From: a virus
Strand: one strand, 5' to 3'
Virus record (IMG/VR): IMGVR_UViG_3300045988_141640
Coordinates: 1-64,000 of that record
DNA: 64,000 nt
Shown here piece after piece: positions 63,431 to 64,000 of the stretch (within the stretch, counting starts at the first letter, position 1; each line of letters opens with the position of its first letter). Below the pieces are notes generated by a model. It was not told where the DNA came from. It did not search any database and worked only from the letters and a program-made list of their open reading frames with translations. A program made the position numbers and the translations under genes.

Positions 63431-64000
63431 ATGAAAAGATTGAATAATATTTTTGAAACGATAGGCAGTGTAGATAATATTATCTCTGCTGCTGAAAAGG
63501 CAAAGAAAGGAAAGAGGAATCACAGGGGTGTGAGGGATTATGAGAAACATAAGGATGAATATCATCAGAATGTTTATCAGATGCTCAAAGACAAATCATA
63601 CCATGTAAGCAAGTATGAGGTGATAGAAAAAGTGACTGATGCAGGAAAGGTAAGGGAGATACACAAACTCCCGTTTTACCCGGACAGGATTATCCAGCAC
63701 AGCCTTTTGATACCCATGATGGACAGATGGACGAAAAGCCTTACACTTGATTCATATAACTGTCTGCCTAAAAGGGGAATTACAAGTAAGGTAAAAAAGC
63801 ATTCCCTTGTGAGAAAGATGAAACGGACATTACTTGAAATGGACAAAAACGGAAAAATATACGTTTTGAAAATGGATATTAAGAAGTTTTATCCGTCCGT
63901 AAGGCACAGTGTTTATAAGAAGGCATACAGCAAAGATTTGAAAGACAGGGATGCGTTATGGCTTATGAATACGCTTAATTATAGCAATAAAGGTCTGGCT
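63431..64000 (+). CDS. DGR reverse transcriptase (5' part; runs off the window)
   Basis: My translation is open for 190 codons: MKRLNNIFETIGSVDNIISAAEKAKKGKR...KVREIHKLPFYPDRIIQHSLL...VLKMDIKKFYPSV, with RT motifs 1-3. It lies directly downstream of the TR and has a -7 box TATCTTTG at 63395-63402. Confidence 0.85.
   Translation, partial: MKRLNNIFETIGSVDNIISAAEKAKKGKRNHRGVRDYEKHKDEYHQNVYQMLKDKSYHVSKYEVIEKVTDAGKVREIHKLPFYPDRIIQHSLLIPMMDRWTKSLTLDSYNCLPKRGITSKVKKHSLVRKMKRTLLEMDKNGKIYVLKMDIKKFYPSVRHSVYKKAYSKDLKDRDALWLMNTLNYSNKGLA

Noticed and set aside
63431-64000. Retron or group II intron interpretation of the reverse transcriptase
   Set aside because: An adjacent TR/VR pair with adenine-only mismatches identifies it as a DGR RT. 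No msr/msd-like inverted repeats or intron domains were seen upstream.
1-64000. CRISPR arrays, rRNA genes and host-prophage junctions
   Set aside because: I found no run of three or more regularly spaced direct repeats, no rRNA-like conserved segments, and no block of housekeeping genes. The only regularly reused repeat set (CTGGGRGRACT) is coding and occurs in mixed orientation, so it is not a CRISPR array.

Overview
The whole 64-kb window reads as most or all of the genome of a large, temperate, long-tailed dsDNA phage of a Bacteroidota host. I saw no host chromosomal genes, rRNA or CRISPR array. The host call rests on two things: the Bacteroidota -7 promoter box TAnnTTTG recurs upstream of most operon starts on both strands, and several protein families are Bacteroidota-typical (DUF3127, IntDOT-like integrase, lipoproteins with acidic post-Cys signals).

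Layout:
- 141-4991: minus-strand block of 11 small unknown early genes.
- 5.43-6.74 kb: AT-rich, ORF-free region with iterons and palindromes (putative origin plus divergent promoters).
- 6.7-18.1 kb: replication and nucleotide-metabolism module (SF3 primase-helicase, Toprim protein, dUTPase). It is interrupted at 9.2-12.3 kb by a low-GC island (KilA-N, P63C, IS1595-family transposase).
- 18.1-21.8 kb: two TnpB-type elements. One is a solo TnpB without a zinc finger. The other is a complete IS200/IS605 element with divergent tnpA/tnpB and matching LE/RE hairpins.
- 24.5-31.6 kb: minus-strand packaging and head genes (TerL, portal, head morphogenesis), split by a Bro/KilAC antirepressor and a Rha regulator.
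- 31.8-53.6 kb: plus-strand scaffold, capsid, connector and tail-tube genes, a chaperone pair with a T7 slippery run, a 2059-aa tape measure, an antisense tRNA-Cys, and a 1934-aa collagen-repeat fibre.

Most interesting, 53.6-57.4 kb: a small tail-fibre gene has a 37-aa constant N-terminus joined in frame, at a CTGGGRGRACT site, to one of seven alternative C-terminal cassettes. One cassette is active, one is silent in the same orientation, and five are inverted. Three of the six silent cassettes have no ATG near the junction. The array sits next to a tyrosine recombinase. This is a shufflon-type multiple-inversion system for receptor-binding diversity.

58-64 kb: a solitary C5 DNA methyltransferase and two more fibre-like proteins. 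The second is the target of a diversity-generating retroelement, with VR 62884-62990, TR 63163-63272 and a reverse transcriptase from 63431 that runs off the window. All 14 TR/VR substitutions fall at TR adenines.

Novelty claims cannot be verified here because no database search was possible.
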